This document shows positions 35,032 through 47,732 of a DNA stretch of 64,000 bases, piece by piece. A model generated the notes under the pieces. That model searched no databases. It was not told the DNA's origin and saw only the letters and a program-made list of their open reading frames with translations. Within the stretch, counting starts at the first letter, position 1. Each line of letters begins with the position of its first letter. The translations under genes were made by a program, and so were the position numbers. The stretch is from Fistulifera solaris (Eukaryota): positions 1,054,001 through 1,118,000 of the forward strand of contig AP026129.1 in assembly GCA_030295235.1 (NCBI GenBank), read 5' to 3'.

Positions 35032-36870
35032 GATAAAGCGTCTATGATAAAGTCTATGGCTTGATCTGGTTTCAACCGATTGAACTTTCGGGAAATGAAG
35101 ATAAACGTGACGCGACGGCAGATGAAGACGGAAGCGGCCGAAGGAACGCGAACAGGAGGCTTCTTCGGGTTATCTTCGATCGTGGCACTCTGCATCCTAC
35201 GGCCCACAGTAAACAGTAGTACTTTCGGGTGCTGGAATTTGAGACAAAGAACTTGAAACTTGAAAGTTCAAAAGGCAAACGGAATTAATCTACACAAAGT
35301 CTACAGAAGACATCAAAATTTACGACAAAGCAAGACTCTCTCTATCATTTGTATCGGGTTTAAAGTGGGAGAAACACGGAATCAGACTTTCGCGCTTTGT
35401 CCGATAGCCGACAACCGACAACCGACAATCGAACAACGAATCAAGTACCGGTAGCCCAAAGCCACGAGCCTGAGCAAGTCTAAGTTTTAGTCTTTGTATA
35501 GTCTCTGTCACTCTGGCCACTCTCTAAGAGACTATGAATTTGACTATTGGCTCACGACGCATGACGACTCACGGATCACGGCTCAGGGCCGTCGGCCGTC
35601 CAATGTCTAATTCAACTAACAACCAACAACCAACCCACTTGCGTTTTTCTCTTGCACCTTACACCAACCATCAAATGCAGAAGTCTAGCCCGCAGCCCGC
35701 AGCCCGAGCTTTCTAATGCAAACTGTAAACTAAAGCAGTCCTTTTTTCAAGAAAAGAGTCGAAGGTAAGGCTTAATGAGAATGAGAAATGGAAATTTCGA
35801 GAATGAGTCACGTGTCATGGGTCACGGTCACGTTACACATCGAAGGTCATAGGTCATCGACAGCAGCAGTAGGCCTAGGCGTCACTACGGCATAATTTGT
35901 AGAGACGTCATTGAGCCATAAAGTCATTTGTCATTAACTAATTACTCCGTATACCTACTTAGTAATTAGTAAGTACAGGTGGTCCGAATTTCGAATTTTG
36001 CATTGTGCACTGTGCACTGTGCGCTGTGCATTTGACATCCGGCATCAGAATCAGACGTTACATAGTCACACCCGTTTACCCAGACAATGCCTTTGTTATT
36101 CGTCACTCAGAAAGGCGGAACGAAACTGGGAAGTTAGAGCGTTGGAACGGAAGAGTGGAGAGTGTGCCAGGGCGTTTTTGAAAGGACTCAGAAAAACACA
36201 GAATACGGTCAATGTTACATGCTAATGTTAGAGTGCTAGAACAACCTAACAATTTAATTATTACCACAACATGCCAACGTAAAACGCAAGATGCAGACTG
36301 CTGGCGACTGCTTGGATCGACTCGAAGAATTTGAAACAGTCTCGCCGAAGCTTTCAACTCAGAACACAATGATTCATCTTAAAGTCTCATATTGTTCCTC
36401 TGTTACAAACATACTCTAGAGTTTTTCTCTCTCTATTCCGTCGTCTCATTGGATCTCCGAAAAGAGGATACGTCAAGTGTCAGCTCAAATCTCAGATGGC
36501 TGCAACAAGCTAGAATGCAATCGCAATTGTTCTAGATAACAATCTCAATGTTTATGCGGACTTGCCAGTTAGATTCTTCATTCATCTCTTTGGTGATGGT
36601 TTAAGTATCGGTACCGGTACGATCTTCACGAGAAATGGAAGGGAAAATGTGGAATGTGGAATTCACGACTTTAGAATTTTACCTTTGATGTTGTCGTCCT
36701 CGACACTCGACAAACGTAACAAAAACGCGGCGGCTGGCGCCTCGCATAATCATCATCACGAGAAGCAAGTCGAAGGTTGAACTATCTCGATGCAATTTAT
36801 CTATCCGTAAAAAATAACCACTTTACTTATTCTCCTTGATTGTAGAGACTACTTACTTTCGGTTTGAAGC

Positions 36871-37984
36871 ATGCAGCCCTTACAAAGGAAAAGAAAATGC
36901 GTGTGGGTTTGTCTAATGTTCTTAATGCTTCATCACGCGCCTGTGTTGACTTTCCAACACGCGCGGCAAACTTTCCTGCCACGCTGGAAAGATCTTTCTG
37001 GTGTTTCTCTCAGTAATCCCCCATGTCAGGGACGAAATCGTCAATCTACAGCACTAAGCATGTTCATGGGCTCAGATGGTGGTGTACTTGGTATCGGAAC
37101 ACCCGAACTGGTGAGTGATGAGCAAAGTAATCATTGATTTTTATTTGTGTTTGCTGCTGCTCATCTAAATCTGTATCAAGGCTACAATTCTATTAGTGGG
37201 ATACTTTGTCCTCGGACCGAGTGATCTGTACAAGATCGTAAAAGAAGTGGGAAAGTTCATTCAGAATGTTCGAACCTTTAGTACAGATCTCACAACGACA
37301 TTCGAAAGCAACATGGAATCCCAGCTTCAACTACAAGATATCCGTAAAGCACAACAAGAATTGAATGACGCTTTTTCGTTTCGACGATCCATTAATATCA
37401 ATGAAGAGGCGGAAGCCTTTTCGAACGAAACGGTCGAAACGGTAGGACCCCCGTCAGCGGCGGCTTCGTCGTCCTCGCAAATTGCATCCAAGAAGATCCG
37501 AAGGCGGGTCAAGAAACGCGTTCCTCCACCAACAACAGTTTCCGATTTAGAAATGCCCAGCCCGACGGGAGACGCGTCTATTTCTGCACTGGAAGCTGCC
37601 GAAATTGAAAAGGAGTTTGAAAAGTACACGAGCGATGTCACCGATGATTACATTCGTCCTAAGGCTACCACCGAGGAGGCCGATGCTTGGTATAGTGAAC
37701 CGGATGCAGGGGCAACGTCCCGATTTCAACAGCAACTGAGTGGCACATGGAATGAACAAATCCTTGAAAACGAAGATAAACTAAGTCCCATCGCGACCGT
37801 CATGAACAAGATTGCCTTGCTTGAGAAGGAAAAGAAAGCTGCCATGTTGCGACTGGAAGAAGAGTTTGCTCAACGAAAAGCCTTAGAAGATCGGTATTAT
37901 CAAGAGCAGCGCGCCCTTTTGGAAGAAGCCAGCTTTCGGATCCAAGACGAGCTGATATTAGGTCCTAAGTCTGGTAAAGCATAA
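36871..37984 (+). CDS. tatB: Plastid TatB/Hcf106-like twin-arginine translocase subunit
   Basis: Presequence, then GVLGIGTPEL|ATILLVGYFVLGPSDLYKIVKEVGKFI across intron 37111..37180 (TM + GP hinge + amphipathic helix); long acidic/coiled-coil tail. Confidence 0.8.
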
Positions 37985-38246
37985 ACTATATCTGTCATAT
38001 CTGCAAAACATTAGCAACGGAATTAGTCAAGGAAAGTATAGTACATATTACGGAGTAATATTTAGCGTGCGAGCACTATTCGTCGTCCTGACTATACTGC
38101 ACAGGAACTAGAATGCAGCCTATATCGAGATTGCTGATGACGTGGCAAAAGTCACCTTGCTTTGCGCAAGGATTTTCTAAATACACCCCCGCCTTCATTT
38201 CATTTTTCCAGGTATGCTTTTGCTGTTTCTTGTGTTGGAATAAACT

Positions 38247-39028
38247 ATGCTGTCACGACATATCCGCTCTCTCTTTCTTTTCCTAGTAGTTAAGCAATCT
38301 AATTGCCTTCAAAGTTTCTTCCCGAAGCAAATCTCTGTGAACTGGGGAAATCTTCTTCATCAGTTTCGGCCCGACAGATTGAAGATCAACTGTTGGCTGC
38401 CATTCAAGATGAAGGGAATCGTCTTTCGAACTCGGAGCAGATCGTTTCGTTAGTATCACAACTAGAAGCATTGCCTTCGATTCCTGAGCCCGCCATAGCC
38501 CCCGAAGTATACGGACGATGGCGCTTGCTTTACACCACGAATGCGGAGACGAGTTCACCCATTCAGCGCAAAGCCGTGGACACGAAAGCCTTTCCGATTT
38601 ATCAAGACATTGTGGTGAATGAAAAGGGGAAACTGTTAGTCAATCAAGTTATCCAATTTTCCGACTCTTCCGAGCTTTGTGTATCGGCTTTGGCCAGTAC
38701 GGCCGCGTATCCGTTGCCGGAACTCACGCAACGAAGGTCGACCGGAAAAGTGCTCGGCTTGAATATTCTGGGGGTATCTCTGGTCGGAGAAGAGGCAGAA
38801 CCGGATCCGAGCCGTCCCAATTCTCGCATCGATTTTGTATTTGACGAGGGAAACTTTGACCTGAACGGCAAAATCCGCATTCCTTATCCCGTGCCGTTCC
38901 GTTTACCTCTATTTCGCGATTGGGTGAAAGGATGGATTGATATTACGTGGCTCAGTGATCGAGTTCGTATTTCGAGAGGAAATAAAGGGACTACTTTTGT
39001 GCTACTAAAAGAAGACCTGTCCAGTTAG
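38247..39028 (+). CDS. Plastid lipid-associated protein / fibrillin family; frameshift near 38345
   Basis: Signal peptide in frame 38247; LVSQLEA, YGRWRLLYTT, GWIDITWLSDRVRISRGNKGTTFVL. Confidence 0.88.
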
Positions 39029-39086
39029 TTGATGGGTGAATTAAGAATCGGTAGATCGAAAAATTAATGCTACCTGGTAGTTCGCA

Positions 39087-40686
39087 TTATCTCCATTCAG
39101 CAATATATTCGACATATGTCGAGCTTCCAACATTCCTTCTCGTGGTTTCCATTCCAGGTTCGTTCCATTTGAGATCCCCCACGAGTGGTTCATGTTGCCA
39201 TTTCAAAGTACCATGTTCGATCTTACTCGTTTGCACTACGATACTCAAATAAAAGAACGGATAGAGAACCGTCACACTCTCTCCCGGCTCCAAAGTGAGT
39301 TTGTAGACACGACATTTGTCTCGGGATTTAATCAGCTCGTGTCGTTCGGCCAGCAACGGAATCGCTGCGGATACGGGTGGCGTCTTTAGTAACTCGGCAT
39401 CGACGCAAAGCATGGTATGAGTCGATGTATTGGTGATCCTGTGCACCAAGGGTGTTTCACTTTCGTGAGCACCGTACCGTACTTCTCCAAAGTCCATGCA
39501 ATCGGCACACGCGGCGAAACCTTGTACATGGTTTATTACATTGAGACCGCCGGGAACTAAAAAGAAATAGAGACTATCTTTCGCGTGTCGATGGGCTAAT
39601 GTTGTATCGCCTGGCGGGAATGAAACTCGCAATGCACGCACATATTCATTTTTTAACACGACTTGATGACGAGGCTCGCTACCAACTTCAACAATTTGTT
39701 CGAAACGACCATCGGGCAAACGCCAATAATCACCGACGTGTGTTCCTTCTTGACTCTTTCCGGATACTTTGACACCCGCTACATTTTCGTAAACTTTTAC
39801 TACCTGCGAATCGTCCTGTTGTGAGAGTCCCAGACCTTGTCCACTGATAAATTGTTGCAGCGCTGCCGATGCTAGAGGAGTGGGTACTTGTAGTTTTTTG
39901 GCTTCTTGGTAAACAATATCCAAGTCCTTGACAAAGATTTGCAATTGCGATTTCACTTCAGCAACTGACTCCATCATACGAGGCGATCGATCCCGGAACA
40001 TCCAACTTGCCCCAGCGGCGCCATTGACAATCTCGTACAATTGCGATACATCCAACCCCGCTTTCGCGGCCAAACAAAGGGCTTCCGCCGCCACGACAAT
40101 ATGAACCCCCGCTAGTAACTGGTGAACCATTTTGACTTGTGATCCTTGTCCGGGGCCACCGGCAATAATGTAAGCTTTTCCCAAAGCCTGCAGGACCGGC
40201 TGGGACACCGAGAGGCTCGCCTCATTGCCACTGGCCATTATGGTCAACTCCCCCTGCTCGAGCGCGGACCGGTCCGCCACTGATGGGAGCATCGACAAAA
40301 TGAACGCCTTTTTCTTCAAACAAAACGGCCGTCTGCTTCATCCAAGTGGCTGTAACGGTCGAAGAGATCATGACAACGGCACCAGGGGCCAACAAGCGGA
40401 GCAAACAATCATCCCCTTGCAAACAGACTTGTTGACACTGGGCTTCATTCTGTAAAACGACCAGCACAAAGGTAGCTCCTTCCACAGCCTGAGGTAAAGT
40501 AGTCGGCGGGGCCGCCAAGGCTTTACCGGCGGTTACGGATTCGTGATAAAAGGCGTCGACCAGTGCAGTAGACTGATCGTAACCAGCGATTTGTTGACAC
40601 AGGCCTGGCTGTTCCAAAAGGACCCGCGCCATCCCTCCTCCCATGGCACCAATGCCGATGACGGCAATCTTTTCATATACTATCAT
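39087..40686 (-). CDS. Beta-hydroxyacid dehydrogenase (HIBADH/L-threonate dehydrogenase-like) fused to a tandem cupin region; frameshift near 40255
   Basis: IGIGAMGGGMA, FVDAPISGGP, KMVHQLLAGVH, GAAGASWMF, IFVKDL; then LKNEYVRALRVSFPPGDTTLAHRH (cupin). Confidence 0.85.
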
Positions 40687-41380
40687 AGTAGCGTGATAAG
40701 TTGTGAATTACGATGGAAAGATCGCTTTCAACAACTTGCCTATCTTATGCGAGTTTTTATAATGCGAAAATGAATAATGTGTGGCAGATCGATTACGTGA
40801 CTGCTCAGTCACGTTTTTCTCGGCTTTTGACACTAAGTTCTTACCAGGGCCACATTACATTGTAAGGAATGAAAAATGCGTTTATCGATGATCATATCAA
40901 TAGAATAATAGGTACAGAACTAATCAATTGGCATCCATGGGTAGAAGATTTGAGCGTTGTGTCTTACATGTTAATTGCTATGATGACATCCAAGCAAATC
41001 AATTTGCCAGTACGGGACTGAAAAGTCAGTCGGATGAAAGTTGGACAACTACTTGGAAGAATTTCCTTTACACCATCATCCTTATACCTTGCGTAGTTTG
41101 CGTCCGAAAGCGCTGTCAATTACTTGTATGGTTGCTGTGGGCGATCGATGATCCTTGGTACAGGTACTGGTATTAATTACTCTTAAATAAAGAAGATCAT
41201 CTTTCGTCGTGTTCTATTGTGTTCGGCAGCGGAACAAGATCCATTCCCTCGAGTCATTCTATCATTATTTGAATCGAATCGAACCAACTCTCCCGTTGGA
41301 AAGACTCGTAATTGCTTCAATTTGCCCCCAATTTCTCTGTCTTGAAATCTTTCATGCAAACAACCTACGGGGCGCTAAAA

Positions 41381-43546
41381 ATGGCTTTACCATCGACGTC
41401 CCATACAAGGATACGAAGTAATGATGATGAAGATGATTTTGCGTTAGAAGCGAACGATCATTCTTATTCAAGCAATGCGGATATTAGTGAACGCAATGAA
41501 GAATCGGGCCTTTTTCTCACGAATGACGAGCCATCGTTTCATTCATCGCATTCCATGTCCTTCTTTTGGAAAGCCCTGGTGCTGTTCACACTGGCGTGTG
41601 TTCTCGTCATCACTTTGGGCAGTACCGTGGCAATACGTCGTACGAATCAGTCTCCCCATGTCACGACAGCATGCCCCCGCTCCGATATCGAATCCTTATC
41701 GTCTTTTGCGGTCTCCGGATTATCGCATGCTGCCGTCGCTACGGATCATTCGGTCTGTTCGCAAATCGGATTAAATATTTTACAAAAACATCAGGGCAAT
41801 GCTGTCGATGCCGCGGTTGCAGTAGCGCTCTGTTTGGGCGTTGCGAATCCGGCGAGCAGTGGTATGGGTGGAGGAACCTTTCTGTTGGTGCACGGGAAAT
41901 TGCGCGAGGATGCTCACGAATACACTCAATATGACGATCACACAACACGGAATGCTACTACACAATATCAAAGTGACGGAAGGATCTTTGAAGTTATTGA
42001 TGCACGGGAAGTGGCTCCGGGGGCCGCTTCAACCGACATGTTCACAGCCTCCGACAAATCCAGTGTCGTGGGAGGCCTCGCGGCCGCCGTTCCGGGAGAA
42101 TTGCGCGGACTCGAATTGGCGCACGCACGCTTTGGGGCCTTATCGTGGCAGCAAGTAGTGCAGCCGGCTTACGAATTGGCCCGCAATGGGATCGTTATCA
42201 ACACCAATCTCGCCCACGAAATTGCTTACGCGGCTGGCATGATGGCCAAACACAGTTTACCGGATTTTGGATTGAAGAAATTGCTTACCAAGAATAATGA
42301 TTGGAAGCAACCATTAGTAGAAGGTGATATCTTGCGGAATACGGCTCTGGCACAAACACTGAACGACGTTATGGAGCAAGGGGCGGATGCGTTATATACG
42401 GGCGAACGCGCGGAGAAAATAGCGGCGGATGTACATAAGGCGGGAGGTATTTTGACGGCCGAAGATTTGGCTTCATATCGACCCGTATTGCGAGACCCGT
42501 TGGTGGCCGAAAACATCGCTGGATATACTCTGGTTGGTGTTCCGCCTCCCAGTAGCGGTGGGCCCGCGATTATTGGCGCGATCCGTTATTTGGCGGGATA
42601 TTTGGAACCATTGTCGGCGAACGCAGACACGCTGACGGTACATCGACTGTCGGAAGCAGTCAAGCATGTGTTTGCCATGCGAATGAGTTTGAGCGATCCA
42701 GCTTATAACACGGAAGTCGTTCAAGATGCGGTGGAAGATATGGTGCAAAGTTCTTATATGGAACATTTAAGACAGAGTTCGCTAGACAACTCGACATTGC
42801 CGCTCAGCCAGTACGGCGGGAGAAAATGGGCCCAGTTGAACGATACAGACGGTGCCAACGCTGCAGAAGATAAGAAAGAAGGCGACCGAAGGCGAACACG
42901 GCACTTACTTCGTCACTTTGGATATTTGAATGATCATGGTACTTCGCATTTTAGTATCGTAGACAAGGACGGCAATGCTGTAGCCATGACGACTTCCGTC
43001 AACACTATCTTTGGGAGCCAAGTCCTCAGTGAAGGGATTGTGTTGGGGAACACCATGGACGATTTTGCGCAACCTGGTAGTCCTAATTTCTACGGATTGA
43101 AACCAAGTCCAAGTAACTACATCATGCCAGGCAAGAAGCCTTTATCCAGCATGTCACCAACAATGGTTGTCGATGCCGACCGAGACAAACTGCTCATGAT
43201 TGTCGGTGCTAGCGGGGGCCCCAAGATCATAACAGCCGTTCTTCAAGTTATATTTAATACCCTTTGGTTAGGATGGCCGTTGTTGGAAGCCGTGAGTCGA
43301 CCACGAATTCACGATCAGCTGATCTACCATGGATCTGCGATTACAGCGACCGAAAGAAGCAAGCTACCGAATGGCGTATCATTTGTTGTTCCAGATCGGA
43401 CCAAATATGCGCTGCAACAGCGGAATCATCAATTGTTGGATGTTGATTACGCCGGAACTGTTCAGACCGTTTTTCGCGATTTTGAATTGAACCAATGGAG
43501 CGCAGTATCCGATCCTCGGAAAGGGGGCGCCCCTGCTGGTTACTGA
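41381..43546 (+). CDS. GGT: Gamma-glutamyltranspeptidase, type II membrane protein
   Basis: GNAVDAAVA, SSGMGGG, IDAREVAP, VPGELRGL, PPPSSGG, GTSHFS (nucleophile Thr), KPLSSMSP, GASGG, SDPRKGG. Confidence 0.96.
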   Translation: MALPSTSHTRIRSNDDEDDFALEANDHSYSSNADISERNEESGLFLTNDEPSFHSSHSMSFFWKALVLFTLACVLVITLGSTVAIRRTNQSPHVTTACPRSDIESLSSFAVSGLSHAAVATDHSVCSQIGLNILQKHQGNAVDAAVAVALCLGVANPASSGMGGGTFLLVHGKLREDAHEYTQYDDHTTRNATTQYQSDGRIFEVIDAREVAPGAASTDMFTASDKSSVVGGLAAAVPGELRGLELAHARFGALSWQQVVQPAYELARNGIVINTNLAHEIAYAAGMMAKHSLPDFGLKKLLTKNNDWKQPLVEGDILRNTALAQTLNDVMEQGADALYTGERAEKIAADVHKAGGILTAEDLASYRPVLRDPLVAENIAGYTLVGVPPPSSGGPAIIGAIRYLAGYLEPLSANADTLTVHRLSEAVKHVFAMRMSLSDPAYNTEVVQDAVEDMVQSSYMEHLRQSSLDNSTLPLSQYGGRKWAQLNDTDGANAAEDKKEGDRRRTRHLLRHFGYLNDHGTSHFSIVDKDGNAVAMTTSVNTIFGSQVLSEGIVLGNTMDDFAQPGSPNFYGLKPSPSNYIMPGKKPLSSMSPTMVVDADRDKLLMIVGASGGPKIITAVLQVIFNTLWLGWPLLEAVSRPRIHDQLIYHGSAITATERSKLPNGVSFVVPDRTKYALQQRNHQLLDVDYAGTVQTVFRDFELNQWSAVSDPRKGGAPAGY

Positions 43547-44019
43547 TGTATGTAAAATATGACCCAATTGAACTCCTAATCTGGTCTTTCTTTTCTACGC
43601 AACTAAGAATCTCTCTTTAACGTTGGACGGTGTACACCTGTAGAAAATATTCGTGCTTGTGCCCATCGTTTACTCTATCTAGTGCTATTAGATCTTTATG
43701 ATGCAGCAGTTGTCATAGTGTTAGTTTGTGGTCTCGTAGTGCACGACGAGTGGTACTTGATGACGTACATCGACCGTTAAAAAAGTACTGAGCAAATCGT
43801 CTCTCCACCACTTACTTCACCGACAACCATCGTCTCTCCACCACTCAGCTCAACCTTTCCTTATCTTGTTGGCGTGCAGTTCGTAGCCACCGCATTTTCT
43901 CCTATTTTCTTTGCTTTGTCAGTATGGAAGTCGTCCATTCTTTCGTTTGACATTTTCTCAATGTTTTGAGGCTAACAAACACCCCAAAAGACTCAACCGC
44001 AAGATTGCTATTTTAAAGC

Positions 44020-45297
44020 ATGCGAAAGATTGACTTAACAGGAGCTTTATTGATTTGTAGTTTTCTGTTCATCGGCAGAGCGAATGCTTTCCTTGCTTCT
44101 CCAAGAATACGCTTTGCTCAATATCCTGATCATTTCCGGATACAGGTTACTTCTTTATTTTCTCGCTCACCAACTAAATCAATCGAAACGTCGCCTCGAA
44201 GAACCAGGCGGCGGTTCAGCGAAATGACGGAACGACTTCGAGAATACTATAACAAACACGGACACTCGCTGGTGACGGCATCGGAAGATCCTGCCTTGCA
44301 CCGATGGACGGTTTCTCTCCGGCGCAATTACAAATACCAAGTCGTGGGTACTCGTCGTCAAAATTTCGCCCAAAACAGCAACCGCCCGAGATTATCCCCG
44401 GACGAATTGGCAATATTGCAAGAGCTCGATTTTTGTTGGGATGCTCAGTCCATGGCATGGACCACGCGTTATCAGGAACTGGAAGACTTTAAAGAAAAGA
44501 ACGGACATTGTCGGGTACCGGCGAACTACCCTGGGGGCTTGGGGATCTGGGTACGAAATCAGCGGCGTCTTCTGGAGCAACCGGGGGCTTCGGGGATGAC
44601 GCCGAAACGGAGAGCGGCCCTGGAAAAGCTTGGCTTTACTTGGTTTCAGCCGCATTTGTCGCGATGGCAGCGGAGATACGAGCAACTGCGAGAGTTTTAT
44701 AACAAATATGGACACTCGAATGTTCCGGAAGATTACAGCGACAATTTCCAATTAGGACAATGGTGCATGAACCAACGTTCGCAATACAAACGGTATTGCT
44801 CAGGATGGCCGACAGCTCTGTGCGTGGAACGGATTCAAAAATTAGAGGCTCTAGATTTTCGATGGAATTATCGAGATAACAAATGGTACGAGATGGTGAA
44901 CCGACTGAGGCATTATTATGAAATGAACGGTCACATCAAGATCCCCACTTACGATATAGAGAACCAAGATTTAAGACTTTGGTTGATTGTTCAGCGCTAC
45001 TATTACAATCGACGCAAGCAGGAGGAGGGACCATTGACTGAGCGCCGTATCGAATTTTTGCAGAGTATAATGCCTGATTTTCCATGGCAAGTTCGCAAAG
45101 GAGACTCAAATGGACCCAAGACCGAAGATTGGGCTAAGCTGTTTGATGCTATGCGGGCTAAGGGAATTGGTCCAGGTGCCCGGCCGAAGCAACATTGGTT
45201 CGAAGGCGTGAACCGTTTTGAGATGCAAGTCAAAGATACATGGACCGAAAAAGACCTTATTGCATTGTGGAATCAAGCAGACGACGATGACGACTAA
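44020..45297 (+). CDS. Helicase-associated (HA) repeat protein, four repeats, plastid presequence
   Basis: Four W..RY.EL..F....GH..VP....LG.W...QR...R...LE.L.F.W repeats; N-terminus ...RANA-FLAS. Confidence 0.85.
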   Translation: MRKIDLTGALLICSFLFIGRANAFLASPRIRFAQYPDHFRIQVTSLFSRSPTKSIETSPRRTRRRFSEMTERLREYYNKHGHSLVTASEDPALHRWTVSLRRNYKYQVVGTRRQNFAQNSNRPRLSPDELAILQELDFCWDAQSMAWTTRYQELEDFKEKNGHCRVPANYPGGLGIWVRNQRRLLEQPGASGMTPKRRAALEKLGFTWFQPHLSRWQRRYEQLREFYNKYGHSNVPEDYSDNFQLGQWCMNQRSQYKRYCSGWPTALCVERIQKLEALDFRWNYRDNKWYEMVNRLRHYYEMNGHIKIPTYDIENQDLRLWLIVQRYYYNRRKQEEGPLTERRIEFLQSIMPDFPWQVRKGDSNGPKTEDWAKLFDAMRAKGIGPGARPKQHWFEGVNRFEMQVKDTWTEKDLIALWNQADDDDD

Positions 45298-45569
45298 TGA
45301 CACGTTCGCTAAAACTGCATGTTAAGCGACCGAAATCTCATCGCTGAAGCTGCAGCAAATGCAACAGAATGGCACCAGCATCGAACATCGAACCTCTCCC
45401 CTAGCGCCCATTCAATGTAATTCTGTTAGAAGTTGTTGTACTTTTCTACAGAGGCAAATTTCTTGCATCCGTAATACATGTACGCCGCCCCACAACAAAC
45501 TAGTCTGGCGCCTTCAATCAGCAACACGACACGACGAATTGCCGTGGACAATACAAACATGAAATGGAC

Positions 45570-45611
45570 TTGGAACTTAATTTCCAACCATTGGAACTTA
45601 ATTTCCAACCA
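45570..45611. repeat. 2 x 21-bp tandem repeat with an internal inverted repeat
   Basis: TTGGAACTTAATTTCCAACCA occurs twice. Confidence 0.9.
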
Positions 45612-46017
45612 TGTACCTAACCTCTGTTCGTTCTGCTAGCGTAATAGGTTGAATGAATAAACAATATAGTTACCCATAGCAGCACCTGTAGTGCACTTCG
45701 CAAGTCGCATTAATTTGCGTTAAAAGCCCTATAAAAGAGAGCGAAAGCAAAAGGCGAAGTTCGGGGGTTAGAAGATTGGGAATTGGGATTATCTATTGTT
45801 ATGTCTTCAAAAGGCCCAAAGATACATCGCAGGTTAGCCCCCAGCCACGGAGTAGCTGTTAGTGAGTAGGGCTTAGTGTATCGAGGCCCTGCAAAATTTC
45901 AAGGCCAGCTCGCCGCTTTATACTTTCTCACAAACCGCGATGACACGTTTTCACTTGTTTTGCGTCAAACAAAACTACTAAGTTGTCCTTCGTCCTTCCT
46001 AATTCATTCCTGATATA

Positions 46018-47214
46018 ATGAAAGCAGGCAGAGATACTACCGTTGCACAAGATCAGCAGTCGGAGGTCGCGGATTCCGTCAGAAAAACATTGAGAGAAGT
46101 GACCGCCGAATCTTCTTTTCTAAAAAATAGTGCTCCGATGAAAAGCTTCAGTTCTCTGGGCTTATTCAAGTATTCGGAGATTCGCACAGGGAAGATTCTT
46201 GGCAAAGGAGCTTTTTCGGTGGTTCATGAGGTTGTTGCTTTTGAATTAGAGGACGAGGTCTCGGCAACTATGAATTTCCACAGCCAAAGGACTCGAATGA
46301 AATTCCAGCGAGAAGCAGTCGATAAGAAAACAGGACGCGCTCGATACGTCATAAAGCACCTGAACGAAAGTCTCCTTAAAAAACCAAACGAGTTCTCATC
46401 AGCTGCCTCTGATTTGGCCGTTGAAGCAGCATTCCTCATTCGAATCCGTCACAAACATATTTTGTCTCTTCGAGGCTTTCCTGTTACGGGATTGGGAGCA
46501 TTGAAAGACGGACATCGAGGTTTCTTTCTCATTTTGGATCGGTTAGATACCACTTTGGACAGGCTGATTGAAGACTGGAAAGGGCAAGAACAACAAAATA
46601 GTTCCTTGAAACTTCAATACAGCAGGCAAATAGCTAGTGCATTGAAATACCTACATCGGAACCGAATCGTGTTTAGAGACCTAAAGAGCAACAACATTGG
46701 AATCGATCAAGATGGCCGTCTACGTTTGTTTGATTTCGGACTGTGTCGTGAACTTCCTTCACCCGAAGCGATCAATGAAGTAAGCGAAGAGTTCACGTCA
46801 CGGAGAGTTTACGAAATGTCCGGGGTTGGCACACGGCGAACCATGGCGCCGGAAGTGGTGTTGGCGAAAGGATACAACTGCAAAGCTGATATTTACGGAT
46901 GGGCAATCGTTGTCTGGGAAATGTTTACGCTAGCTAGACCGTACTCTTCCTACAGCAAAACCGACCATCAACAGTTCGTTTGCAGAAAAGGTGAACGCCC
47001 TCCTCTCACAGCCGAAGAGGAACAGCGACAAGGCCGTAAGCACGAGCCCTTGAAAGGTTCTGTGCCATCGGCGTTGAGCGAAATTTTGAGATCAGCTTGG
47101 GATGCTTCCTTATCCAGACGATGCGACGCCGAGTTACTTTGCGTGAAGCTGGACGAAATTCTCCATCCGAGAAGACCAAAGATAGCTTCAGCTGTTCGGC
47201 GTTCCTACCAATGA
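46018..47214 (+). CDS. Ser/Thr protein kinase (diatom-expanded family)
   Basis: LGKGAFS, YVIKHL, FRDLKSNNIG, DFGL, GTRRTMAPE, ADIYGW. Confidence 0.93.
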   Translation: MKAGRDTTVAQDQQSEVADSVRKTLREVTAESSFLKNSAPMKSFSSLGLFKYSEIRTGKILGKGAFSVVHEVVAFELEDEVSATMNFHSQRTRMKFQREAVDKKTGRARYVIKHLNESLLKKPNEFSSAASDLAVEAAFLIRIRHKHILSLRGFPVTGLGALKDGHRGFFLILDRLDTTLDRLIEDWKGQEQQNSSLKLQYSRQIASALKYLHRNRIVFRDLKSNNIGIDQDGRLRLFDFGLCRELPSPEAINEVSEEFTSRRVYEMSGVGTRRTMAPEVVLAKGYNCKADIYGWAIVVWEMFTLARPYSSYSKTDHQQFVCRKGERPPLTAEEEQRQGRKHEPLKGSVPSALSEILRSAWDASLSRRCDAELLCVKLDEILHPRRPKIASAVRRSYQ

Positions 47215-47338
47215 AATGAAAAAGGAAGAATATCGTAATATTTTTAAACCTCAATAACAGCGTGGTGATTGAAAGATAGGTATCAATGCTGAATAAATTC
47301 AGCATGTAAGCAAATACACAAACAATGCCTTGCACTGA

Positions 47339-47732
<394 letters not shown>

